64,000 bases of DNA from an uncultured Alphaproteobacteria bacterium (GTDB lineage: Bacteria > Pseudomonadota > Alphaproteobacteria > Rs-D84 > CACZYB01): NCBI GenBank assembly GCA_963544995.1, contig CAUUHH010000001.1, positions 31,465 through 95,464 of the forward strand. Direction: 5' to 3'. Position 1 is the stretch's first letter; each line of letters begins with the position of its first letter. Positions 28,465-37,641 of this stretch are shown in pieces. The notes under the pieces are model-generated. The model was not told where the DNA came from, searched no databases, and worked only from the letters and a program-made list of their open reading frames with translations. The translations under genes and the position numbers were made by a program.

Positions 28465-29370
28465 TTAAATTACCCTATTATATATAGATAACAAATCATC
28501 CGCCCTTATAGAATGGAACATATAATTTTCTGAAATTATTTTTTGATATTCAGGCTCGTTATATAAACCGTTAACAGTTATATATCCTATAAAACTTTCT
28601 TTATCTGTGACTATATTATCCTTTATATCATTTATTATAAATACAATTTTATATATGGATGTCGCAGTAGCCTTTGGCATCTGTTTTAGATACTTTCCTG
28701 AAACAAATAACTTTAGTACTTTATCAACAAAATCCAATTTTGGAAAGGTTATATTATGGTGCAATCTTTTCATATCAAGAATTTGAACGGTTCTTTTTAT
28801 GCCGCTATTTGATGTATCAATATATTTGGTGTAATCATTTTCTATAAATGCGGAAAATACTTCTTTAGATGTAAAATTGCATAAATAGCATTTCGTATCA
28901 TCATTTAAAAAACCTATTTTTATTTTTTTTGTTTTATCCTCTTTGCAATCACACCACTTATTATAATTTTCAGCAAAAGAAGCGGATATAGAAAATCTGT
29001 TATTGATATAATTTGTTAAAAAATTTTGTTCCATATAATCATAAATATCTAAAATTTCTGTAGTTATAGCAGGATTTTTACCATAATAAGTTTTTGTATA
29101 AACAAATTTCTTATTTACAGAATCCCAATTAATAAATATAGGTTTGTTACTTTTTGAAAAAGCACGAATTAAAATTAATGAAGATAAAATTATGCTTATA
29201 AAAATTGATATATATAGCCATTTTGAAATTGCATAAATCCCAGCAATGTATTTTCGTTCTGGGAATCCAGCAACATCCACCTTAAACGGATAAACAGGTG
29301 AAGAAGTTAAATCACCACCATCTGATTTTTTTTTGGATTTAGATTTTATACTGTTGTTTGAAGTAACCAT
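28465..29370 (-). CDS. Bitopic membrane protein, possible divergent VirB8-like protein.
   Basis: Cytoplasmic N-terminus, TM (WLYISIFISIILSSLILIRAF), periplasmic domain with …MEQNFLTNYINNRFSIS… (VirB8-helix-like). Overlaps the upstream lipoprotein gene by 25 nt. Confidence 0.35.
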   Translation of the reverse strand: MVTSNNSIKSKSKKKSDGGDLTSSPVYPFKVDVAGFPERKYIAGIYAISKWLYISIFISIILSSLILIRAFSKSNKPIFINWDSVNKKFVYTKTYYGKNPAITTEILDIYDYMEQNFLTNYINNRFSISASFAENYNKWCDCKEDKTKKIKIGFLNDDTKCYLCNFTSKEVFSAFIENDYTKYIDTSNSGIKRTVQILDMKRLHHNITFPKLDFVDKVLKLFVSGKYLKQMPKATATSIYKIVFIINDIKDNIVTDKESFIGYITVNGLYNEPEYQKIISENYMFHSIRADDLLSIYNRVI

Positions 29371-29528
29371 TCTGGTAATCCCGGTTTTGTATCAACCTTT
29401 ATACAAGCACACGGAGACATCTTCAGTTCATTAACATCATAACCAACACCAACAGGGTCTGGTTCATACATTTGCCCACCACAACCAGATACTAACAATA
29501 GTAATGACACTGCAAAAAATTTTTTCAA
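29346..29528 (-). CDS. Small lipoprotein (60 aa), first gene of a three-gene operon; candidate VirB7-like lipoprotein.
   Basis: Lipobox MKKFFAVSLLLLVSG|C. Small size and position upstream of two VirB8-like genes. Confidence 0.4.
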   Translation of the reverse strand: MKKFFAVSLLLLVSGCGGQMYEPDPVGVGYDVNELKMSPCACIKVDTKPGLPEWLLQTTV

Positions 29529-29658
29529 TTTACAACTCCTTATCCTTCGTATAGAAGGTTACAAGATAGGATTTTTTTATGCAAGGTATTTTTCATGGTT
29601 TAAAAATTTAATGAACATGTTATAATTTGCCACATAAAAAAAATTGAAAGTTTTATAA

Positions 29659-30246
29659 ATGAAAAATATTCTTAATAAATTGTATAACTATGTTTTGAAA
29701 TTAAGTGAAACAAAATATGCAATGGTTGCAATGATATTTGTTTCGTTTTTTGGAAGTATTATATTCCCCCTACCAACAGAAGTAATTATGATACCTATGA
29801 TACTAGCAAGGCCGTCAAAGGCGTTTTATATAACGACAATAGCCCTTATAACCAGTGTGCTTGGAGGAATTGCAGGATATTTTGTTGGAGCAGTTTTTTT
29901 TGAAAATATTGGAAGTAGAATTTTATCAATTCTTGGTTATACAAATATGTTTAATGATTTTTCTGCACTATATAATAAATTTGGATATTGGATAGTGTTT
30001 GCAGGTGGATTAACGCCGTTTCCGTATAAAGTAATTTGTATTGCAAGTGGAGTTTTCAAAATGAATCTTGCAATATTTATTATGGCGTCTGCAATATCTC
30101 GTGCTGTTAGATATTATTTTATTTCATATCTATTATATAAATACGGTGATAAATCGAAAATATTTATAGAAAAACATCTAGAAATGTTAACTATAGTTGC
30201 ATTTATCTTATTGATACTTACCGTATATTTAATAAAATTACTGTAA
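29659..30246 (+). CDS. DedA/YqaA-family inner-membrane protein.
   Basis: 195 aa polytopic protein with the SNARE-associated (DedA) pattern. Confidence 0.65.
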   Translation: MKNILNKLYNYVLKLSETKYAMVAMIFVSFFGSIIFPLPTEVIMIPMILARPSKAFYITTIALITSVLGGIAGYFVGAVFFENIGSRILSILGYTNMFNDFSALYNKFGYWIVFAGGLTPFPYKVICIASGVFKMNLAIFIMASAISRAVRYYFISYLLYKYGDKSKIFIEKHLEMLTIVAFILLILTVYLIKLL

Positions 30247-30253
30247 TAGAAAA

Positions 30254-30709
30254 CTATATTTTTTTACGACCAGATTTCATTGCACTTAGTATTGCGGAAA
30301 CGCAAAGCTTACCATCGACATAGGCTTCAGCTTTCCATTTTTCAAATGGTTTACGCTCTGCGAATTTTTCAACTTTTATTAGCACTTGGTCACCAGGGAT
30401 AATGCGATTTTTAAATTTTGCATTATCAATACCTGTTAAAAGGACTATTTGACCCTTATCCTCATCTGGATCTGTCGTTGAACCAACAAGAACTGCTGTC
30501 TGACACATAGCCTCTAGCATTAAGACACCAGGCATAGTTGGAGTTGACGGGAAATGTCCATTAAAAAATTCTTCGTTAACAGTTATATTTTTTATTCCAG
30601 TACCACTTTTCCCGGGAATAATATCAATAACTCTATCGACCATCAAAAAAGGGTAACGATGCGGTAAAATACTTTTTATTTCATCAATATACATTACATT
30701 ATCAGTCAT
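30254..30709 (-). CDS. fabZ: 3-hydroxyacyl-[ACP] dehydratase FabZ.
   Basis: …LPHRYPFLMVDRVIDI…NEEFFNGHFP…PGVLMLEAMCQ… hot-dog dehydratase signature. 151 aa from MTDNVMYIDEIK (SD AGGTG); the ORF-track start at 30745 adds 12 aa. Confidence 0.85.
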   Translation of the reverse strand: MTDNVMYIDEIKSILPHRYPFLMVDRVIDIIPGKSGTGIKNITVNEEFFNGHFPSTPTMPGVLMLEAMCQTAVLVGSTTDPDEDKGQIVLLTGIDNAKFKNRIIPGDQVLIKVEKFAERKPFEKWKAEAYVDGKLCVSAILSAMKSGRKKI

Positions 30710-30792
30710 AATACACCTGTTTGAATTTTTTATTAAAGTGTGCATTAAAATACCACTAGATTAATAAAAACTCAAGTAATTTTATATAGCAA

Positions 30793-31854
30793 TTATTTAG
30801 AATTTTTTTTGGTTTTTACCATATGTTTGATTAGTATTGCGGATTTTAGAAAATCTTTTAATGGCATCGCTGGGTAACCACCAACTTTCTCACCATCTGG
30901 GATATCCTGTGCAACACCTGTTTTTGCAGAAATTTGAACTCCATTGCCTATATTTAAATGGCCTGATATACCGGCCCCTGCTCCAACAAGCACCCAATTA
31001 CCAACAGTTGTTGATCCAGCAATACCACTCATTCCAGCAAAAATACAATTTTCACCTATTTTAACGTTGTGGCCTATTTGTACTAGGTTATCTATTTTAG
31101 TTCCTTTCCCTATTACTGTATCACCGATGGTTCCCCTGTCGATACATGTATTTATTCCTATATCTGTATTATCGTGCAAAACAACGCGGCCCAATTGCTG
31201 AACCCAAATATGACCGAATGAACCGCTGTACCAGCCAAACCCATTTCCCCCGATACAGCTACCTTCCCCTATATTTACGTTATTACCAATAATTGAATGA
31301 CTGATTACTGCATTTTCCTTTATAAGGCAATTATCACCTATTTGGACACCAGCCTTTATCTTTACACCGGAACCTATATAACAATTTTCACCTATATAGA
31401 CGCCCTGTTCTATTACAGCAAAATCACCTATGTGAACACTGTCCTTGTTTTTAAATGTAACAGTATCATCCACACTAGCAAAACGAGAAATACCTTTTTT
31501 GATTGTAGCATTATCCGTATAAAATACGTCGGTTAATTTTATAAAAGCTAGCTTTGGATTAGGAACGATAACAGGAATAACAGAATCGGGAAGTAAAGAC
31601 AAATTATCCCTAGTTATAAAACAAGCACCAGCGGTTATATTTTTTAATTTTTCTTTGTATTCTGCAGATTTATCAAGTTGTTTATTTAAACTAGCTACAA
31701 GGTCTAGGTATATTATGCTGGTTTTATCAAAAATTTCGAGAGATCCAAGATTTGTAATCTTAAAATCTGAAAATTGGTTATTAAATTCACCACCGGTAAT
31801 TTTTGCAATTTCAGCAATAGTAATAAAATCTAATTTATTATAAAAATTATCCAT
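30793..31854 (-). CDS. lpxD: UDP-3-O-acylglucosamine N-acyltransferase.
   Basis: 353 aa with long left-handed beta-helix hexapeptide repeats (IGDNCLIKENAVISHSIIGNNVNIGEG…) and an LpxD N-terminal domain. Confidence 0.85.
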   Translation of the reverse strand: MDNFYNKLDFITIAEIAKITGGEFNNQFSDFKITNLGSLEIFDKTSIIYLDLVASLNKQLDKSAEYKEKLKNITAGACFITRDNLSLLPDSVIPVIVPNPKLAFIKLTDVFYTDNATIKKGISRFASVDDTVTFKNKDSVHIGDFAVIEQGVYIGENCYIGSGVKIKAGVQIGDNCLIKENAVISHSIIGNNVNIGEGSCIGGNGFGWYSGSFGHIWVQQLGRVVLHDNTDIGINTCIDRGTIGDTVIGKGTKIDNLVQIGHNVKIGENCIFAGMSGIAGSTTVGNWVLVGAGAGISGHLNIGNGVQISAKTGVAQDIPDGEKVGGYPAMPLKDFLKSAILIKHMVKTKKNSK

Positions 31855-31878
31855 TATGTAACATCCCTATTTTTGAAT

Positions 31879-32835
31879 TTAATTAGAACATTTTTCCAGT
31901 GTAAACGCAATATTTAATATTGATTCATTTATATCATGTTGAACTTTACGCATCTGTTTATCCTCGTATTCATAGATAAGCGCTGTTCTGTAGAATTTTT
32001 TGTCTTCATTGTACAACTTATAGAAATTTGCAATATTATTTCTTAACAAAGTTTTATTATTACAGATACAATCGGTTCTTGCCTCGTGTAGTGAATTATT
32101 TATTATTTTATCATTTATTATTTGATTTATATCTCTGTCGGCCACTACCATACAATTATTTTGCATACGATATTCTTTTGCATCGATCTTTAAAAAATTA
32201 TCTATACCTTCATCATTTACCTTATTTATTCTTAACCTTTCTGCAATATTTGCAACACAGCAAGATGATGAGATATTCAAAATATTTTTATAATTATTCA
32301 TTAAAATATTTAAATTTTTCTTCCTTCTTTCCTCTATTTTTTCACTATCATCTTCTTTTAATTCTTCCTCGTCATCATCAACCAGTTCTATTGGTTTTAT
32401 ATCCTCTTCTTTTATTTCAAGTGTACTTACTTCATTACTATTTGCAATACTATCAAGAAGTTCACGAATCTCGGTCTTACTTAATTTCTTATTAGAATTA
32501 GCTTTTTCATTTAGGACAAAAGGCATAACATCTATTGCGTCTTTTTTATGCTCCTTTTCTATTCTTTCTTTTCTTTGTTCTATTTGATAAAGAGGAATAT
32601 TTGCATTGACACTTGCCCCACCCCATAATGGAATATTTTTATCTAATTCTGATGGATTCGTGTTGTAATCAGATATAGAATTATTATCAGCATCATTCAA
32701 TAAAAAATCTTTTTTATTAGTTATATTCTTTGTTTGTACCATATTTGCAGATTTTTTGGAATCATTATTTATATTAGAGCAAGAGGAAAGATGGAAACTG
32801 CCAATTACGATAAAATATAATAAAATACGTTTCAT
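31879..32835 (-). CDS. Hypothetical lipoprotein with acidic central region and Cys-rich C-terminal domain, inserted between skp and lpxD.
   Basis: Lipobox LSSCSN. DDDEEELKEDDSEKIEE acidic stretch. C-terminal region has ≥8 Cys (SSSCCVANI…NNCMV…DCICNN…EKCSN). Confidence 0.45.
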   Translation of the reverse strand: MKRILLYFIVIGSFHLSSCSNINNDSKKSANMVQTKNITNKKDFLLNDADNNSISDYNTNPSELDKNIPLWGGASVNANIPLYQIEQRKERIEKEHKKDAIDVMPFVLNEKANSNKKLSKTEIRELLDSIANSNEVSTLEIKEEDIKPIELVDDDEEELKEDDSEKIEERRKKNLNILMNNYKNILNISSSCCVANIAERLRINKVNDEGIDNFLKIDAKEYRMQNNCMVVADRDINQIINDKIINNSLHEARTDCICNNKTLLRNNIANFYKLYNEDKKFYRTALIYEYEDKQMRKVQHDINESILNIAFTLEKCSN

Positions 32836-32884
32836 AAAAAAACTCTCCTTTTTTTTGCTATATTATCACAAAAAGAAAGGAGAG
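32836..32884 (-). terminator. Putative terminator after skp (minus strand).
   Basis: CTCTCCTTT…AAAGGAGAG 9-bp stem with a 24-nt loop, followed on the minus strand by a T-run. Confidence 0.35.
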
Positions 32885-32921
32885 ACAAATAAAAAGTATT
32901 AAATAAATGTGTGAATTAGAT

Positions 32922-33449
32922 TTATTTTACCTCTAACTTTATCTCCTTTACCTCCTCATTTAAAGCATCTATTACTTCGGAAGTAACATCCAATTTTGTG
33001 TCTATTACCACAGCTGTTTGACCGTTTATTATTAATGAAAATTTCTTTTCTTTTCCTATTTTACTTATTATCCTATCTAAGTAATCTTTTTGTACCTTTT
33101 GAAGAGAATTTATGTAACCTTGCTCTATTGCAGATAATTTTTGTTGAGTCGCCTTATCTGTATTTACCATATCTAGTTGAAAAGTTTGTACGGCCTTTAC
33201 AAAAGCATCTTTATCCATTAATGCCTGCTTTGATTTTAAATCTGCCTCACGTTTTTCAAATTCTTTTCTTTTTTCCTCTACTGATTTTGTTACCTTTGCA
33301 ACCTCCGCTTCTTTTTGTCTATTAAGAGATTTCATTACACTGGCCTCTTTATTAAGCCTTAACAAATCTATTACTCCTATGCTTAAATCACCTGCAAAAG
33401 ATGGAGATACCAAAATAATACCTGTTAAAAATAAAATGAATTTTTTCAT
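32922..33449 (-). CDS. skp: Periplasmic chaperone Skp (OmpH).
   Basis: 175 aa. Signal peptide and coiled-coil-rich sequence (…VIDLLRLNKEASVMKSLNRQKEAE…), immediately downstream of bamA. Confidence 0.7.
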   Translation of the reverse strand: MKKFILFLTGIILVSPSFAGDLSIGVIDLLRLNKEASVMKSLNRQKEAEVAKVTKSVEEKRKEFEKREADLKSKQALMDKDAFVKAVQTFQLDMVNTDKATQQKLSAIEQGYINSLQKVQKDYLDRIISKIGKEKKFSLIINGQTAVVIDTKLDVTSEVIDALNEEVKEIKLEVK

Positions 33450-33511
33450 AACTTCCTCCTATTTGAAATATGTTTATTTCTATAACAGTGGTAAAAAATA
33501 GTCAATAGATA

Positions 33512-35800
33512 TTAGAAATCTTGCCCTATCGAAAAACGGAATCTTTCTATTTCATCATACTTTTTGTAATGTATTGGGTAACCCCAAGAAAAAGTTATAG
33601 GACCAATAGGTGATGTCCATGCAATTCCATATCCAGCAGAGGTCCTTAAATCACTATCATATAATACTTTTTTATAATCTTTTAATTTTGGTGTACCAAG
33701 TTTTCCCCAATCATAAAATAAAAATCCTGATACTTTATACTTTTTTGGAATACCAACAGGGAAATTTAATTGGAAAGTTCCATCCAGTTCCCAATTACCA
33801 CCGTATGCATAAAGACTGTTTACTGTACTTCTGGCACCAACTCCACTATAATCAAAACCTCTTAAAGTGTCGCCTCCTAACATAAATCTATCACTTCTGG
33901 AAAGAGTGGTTTTGTTTAATGCCTTTATATGACCGGCATTCATTGCAATACCAAATTGCCATTCATTATCCCAGAATGAAAAAGATTGTTTTGCAGAAAA
34001 TACATTCTTTAAATAAGACTTATTTCCACCAAGGCCAGCATAATCAGTTGAAAAAGATAAAGCATAACCATTTCTGGTTTCATTTACGTAATCAATAGTT
34101 TGATCACGATAGGAAAAAGTGTTCCCTATTTTAAAAATATTATAATTGCCAACACCGTCTAATAACTTTCCAGATAATTTTGATGATATATTAGACATGG
34201 TTTCATGTTTACCAGACCAACGAACAGAATGATAAAAATTATCGTTATAATTCCAACCTAGTTTGAAGCCCAAACCTAAGGTATCTATATCATATCCATA
34301 AATAGAATTTCTGCGATATTGACTGTAATATAAATCAATACCACCAAGTAAATCACGTCCCCATAAATAAGGTTCAACAAATGATACACTGTAGTTATTT
34401 TGCACTTTTGATATGGTAGATGAAAATCCAAGTGTTTGCCCCTTACCCATGAAATTTGTTTCGCGAATACCAAATTCAAGAAAACCACTATTCATAGAGG
34501 ACCAACCGGCCCCAAGTGATAATTCGCCAGTGGATTTTTCTTTTACCTCTACTACTATATTAACCTTGTCTTTTACATTTTGAACAGGAACTGGCGATAT
34601 AGTTACATTTTCAAAGAAACCTGTTTCCATTAATTTTTGTTTTGATGAAATAAATTTTGCAGAATTAAAAACATCCTGTTCATCAAAATCTAATTGTTTT
34701 CTTATCACACGATCATACGTTCTGGTATTATTTTTTATATCTATTTTATTTATAAATACCCTTTTAGAGGCCTTTATTACAAAATTTATATCAACAATTG
34801 ATGTATCGGCATGAGGGATTTTTTCTGTATCAATATTTACAAATGCGAAACCAAGCTCACCCATTTTGGTTTCTATATCTGTGGTTGTTTTTTTAACAAG
34901 AGAATCCTTATAAAAATTACCAGATTTTAGAAGTATAAGATCATTTAATTTTGATGTATCAAGATCTGTAATTTCATTTTTTAAAGTAACATTTCCTATT
35001 TTATACCTATTACCCTCTTTCAAATTAAATGTTACAAAATAATTACTTTGGGTTAAATCCATCTTGGTATTTTGTGATAAAATCTCGAAATCCAAAAATC
35101 CATTTTCAATATAAAAATTACGAAGCAATTCTGCATCATATAAAACCCTATCTTCGTCATAGGTGTCAAATACCTCTAATAATTTCCACCAGGAATATTC
35201 CTTACTCATAATCACATCAATAAGTTTATATGAAGTAAAATTATTGTTACCAGTAAATACAATTTTATCTATATAAGATTTTTTATTTTCATTTATTTCA
35301 AAAATAACATCATATTGATTATCATTTCTTTCAATGGTTTTTACATCAACCGTTGCTTTTAATAGTCCCATCCTCTTGTACAATAATTTTATTGCATCAA
35401 CATCTTTTTGTAGAGAATATTTATTTAAAATATCGGTAGTTTTGGTTGTGGTTGTTTTTTTTAAATCATCCAGTTTAATTTTATCATACCCTTCAAATGC
35501 GACCTGGCGAACAGTTGGATATTCCGTTAAATTTACATTGAGAACATTTTTATCAATATTCAAACTAACATTTTTAAAGTATCCAGATGAATAAAGTTTT
35601 AATGTTATGTCATTTAGCTCATTATCCCCTATTTTATCATAAGAATCCGGAGCAATGATATTTTTTACCATTTCTGAATTGAGACGTTTTAGGCCTGAAA
35701 TTTTTATATCATTTATTTTTGCATAAATTAAATTTGGGTAAATAAAACAAAATAGAAATAGGAATATCTTAGAATAAAATCTCATTTTGCAGACCACCAC
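33512..35800 (-). CDS. bamA: Outer-membrane protein assembly factor BamA (Omp85).
   Basis: 762 aa. POTRA repeats then a C-terminal 16-strand barrel ending …RFRFSIGQDF. Start could be the internal MRFYSK (35785). Confidence 0.85.
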   Translation of the reverse strand: MVVCKMRFYSKIFLFLFCFIYPNLIYAKINDIKISGLKRLNSEMVKNIIAPDSYDKIGDNELNDITLKLYSSGYFKNVSLNIDKNVLNVNLTEYPTVRQVAFEGYDKIKLDDLKKTTTTKTTDILNKYSLQKDVDAIKLLYKRMGLLKATVDVKTIERNDNQYDVIFEINENKKSYIDKIVFTGNNNFTSYKLIDVIMSKEYSWWKLLEVFDTYDEDRVLYDAELLRNFYIENGFLDFEILSQNTKMDLTQSNYFVTFNLKEGNRYKIGNVTLKNEITDLDTSKLNDLILLKSGNFYKDSLVKKTTTDIETKMGELGFAFVNIDTEKIPHADTSIVDINFVIKASKRVFINKIDIKNNTRTYDRVIRKQLDFDEQDVFNSAKFISSKQKLMETGFFENVTISPVPVQNVKDKVNIVVEVKEKSTGELSLGAGWSSMNSGFLEFGIRETNFMGKGQTLGFSSTISKVQNNYSVSFVEPYLWGRDLLGGIDLYYSQYRRNSIYGYDIDTLGLGFKLGWNYNDNFYHSVRWSGKHETMSNISSKLSGKLLDGVGNYNIFKIGNTFSYRDQTIDYVNETRNGYALSFSTDYAGLGGNKSYLKNVFSAKQSFSFWDNEWQFGIAMNAGHIKALNKTTLSRSDRFMLGGDTLRGFDYSGVGARSTVNSLYAYGGNWELDGTFQLNFPVGIPKKYKVSGFLFYDWGKLGTPKLKDYKKVLYDSDLRTSAGYGIAWTSPIGPITFSWGYPIHYKKYDEIERFRFSIGQDF

Positions 35801-36843
35801 CTTATTACATCATTTGCGTTGGATAGCAGCATTAAAAATATAACTGCAGCAAGACCAATAAAATAAAATACAGATTTTACAATATCTGGAAGATCACGTC
35901 TTATAATACTTTCTATTAAAATAATGAAAATTTGACCGCCATCAAGTATAGGGATAGGAAATAAATTAAACAACCCTAAACTAACCGATATAATGGCCAT
36001 TAAATACATAAAACTATAAAATCCATTTGAAAGTGCACTGCCACTGATTTTTGCAATAGAAATCATTCCTCCAAGTTCTTTTGACGATCTGGTACCGGTA
36101 ATCATTTCGCCAACTCCTTTTATAGTAGTAGTAACTATATCTGAGATTTTTTTACCACTTTCATATACTGCAGCTGTAAAGCCAATTTTTTTATAATTTG
36201 CTGATTCTATAGTATATTTCATGCCAAGAAAATAACTATTTCCTTTTTTTTCTGCATTTACAGGGATAGTAACAATTTTGTTGTTTCGTTTAATTTTTAA
36301 AATATTATTTCTTTCAATTTTAAGTATAGATTTTGTATGTTTTAAAGCATTTCCATTTATTTCCAGTATTTCATCACCAACCTTTAATCCTGAAGATATT
36401 GCTGGCGAATTTTTTAATATTTCAACTATTGATATTTTTTGTTCTGGTAGCCCTTTGAATGAAAAGATAAATAAAAAAACTATAAACCCAAAAATAAAAT
36501 TAAATAACGGACCTCCAAAAGCAATTGCTATCTTTTGATAGCGTTTTTTAAATTCGAAACTTTCTGTTTTTTCTGTTTCTGTTAATTTTGCCCTTGCCTC
36601 TTGTTTTTGTTTTATTGTTTCTGGAGCATCATTTTGGCCGAGCATAGAAACAAATCCGCCCAAAGGTATCATAGATATAGACCAAATTGTTCCATAAGAA
36701 TCTGTCCACGAATATAAAGATTTACCAAAACCTATTGAAAATTTTATTACGCGAACCCCACACCATCTGGCAAATAAGAAATGCCCCAGTTCATGAACAA
36801 ATACTATTATAGGCAATAAAATAACAAAAGCGAGTATACTCAT
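35782..36843 (-). CDS. rseP: RIP zinc metalloprotease RseP (site-2 protease).
   Basis: HELGHF motif at the N-terminus, a PDZ domain (…ISSGLKVGDEILEINGN…) and C-terminal LDGG motif. Confidence 0.8.
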   Translation of the reverse strand: MSILAFVILLPIIVFVHELGHFLFARWCGVRVIKFSIGFGKSLYSWTDSYGTIWSISMIPLGGFVSMLGQNDAPETIKQKQEARAKLTETEKTESFEFKKRYQKIAIAFGGPLFNFIFGFIVFLFIFSFKGLPEQKISIVEILKNSPAISSGLKVGDEILEINGNALKHTKSILKIERNNILKIKRNNKIVTIPVNAEKKGNSYFLGMKYTIESANYKKIGFTAAVYESGKKISDIVTTTIKGVGEMITGTRSSKELGGMISIAKISGSALSNGFYSFMYLMAIISVSLGLFNLFPIPILDGGQIFIILIESIIRRDLPDIVKSVFYFIGLAAVIFLMLLSNANDVIRWWSAK

Positions 36844-36912
36844 ACGTGACCTTTCTAAAATTTGTAAGTTTTTTGAATATACAAAATTTTAATATAAGAA
36901 TCAAATACAATT

Positions 36913-37641
36913 TTAAGAATGCTTACCAATTACCCTTGCAAAAGTGATAACAAAAATTTTCTTTGCACCATATTTTTTTAAAATCTTTGAACATTCGTTT
37001 ATTGTGGTTCCAGTTGTAAAAACATCATCCACAAGTAAAATAATTTTATCCTTTATTTTGTCTGAATGTTTTATAGAAAAAGCATTTTTAAGATTTTGTT
37101 TTCTTTCTTTTATTCCAAGATGCCCCTGTGATGCAGTATTTTTTATTCTGTTTAGTACATTATAATAAATGGGTTTTGAATAATGTTTTGCGATAATATT
37201 TCCGATTAATGAGGACTGGTTATATTTTCGTTTTATCATACGAAAAAGATGTATTGGAATTGGTAAAATTATATCCACAGATTTTATAAAAGAGTCATAA
37301 TTATTAATCATAAGTTTTGCAATGAGATTAGCGAATTCTGTCCTATCAGCATGTTTAAATGGAAGTATTATATTTTTTGCCATTTCGTTATAGATGGCAA
37401 CAGACCTTGCCATATCAAAATTAAATGATTTTTTTATACATGATGGACATAAATTAGAATCATTATCATACATATAAAATTCAAATGGATAGCCACAAGT
37501 AGGACAATAAGGCTTTGTTATAAATTCTAGTTTAGAAATACAATTATCACATAAGCCATCTGTATCTATACATTTTTTGCAAACATAGCATTCTGATGGA
37601 AAAATAAACTTTATTAAAAATTTTATAAATTTAGTTACCAT
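36913..37641 (-). CDS. comF: ComF/GntX-family phosphoribosyltransferase.
   Basis: N-terminal double zinc ribbon (CYVCKKC…CDNC…CPTCGYPF…CPSC) plus C-terminal PRTase motif ILLVDDVFTTGTT. Confidence 0.7.
   Translation of the reverse strand: MVTKFIKFLIKFIFPSECYVCKKCIDTDGLCDNCISKLEFITKPYCPTCGYPFEFYMYDNDSNLCPSCIKKSFNFDMARSVAIYNEMAKNIILPFKHADRTEFANLIAKLMINNYDSFIKSVDIILPIPIHLFRMIKRKYNQSSLIGNIIAKHYSKPIYYNVLNRIKNTASQGHLGIKERKQNLKNAFSIKHSDKIKDKIILLVDDVFTTGTTINECSKILKKYGAKKIFVITFARVIGKHS

Noticed and set aside
29346-29528. Calling the 60-aa lipoprotein a definite VirB7.
   Set aside because: No VirB7 P-[ILV]-N-K-type VirB9-binding motif could be recognised. Kept only as a candidate based on lipobox, size and context.
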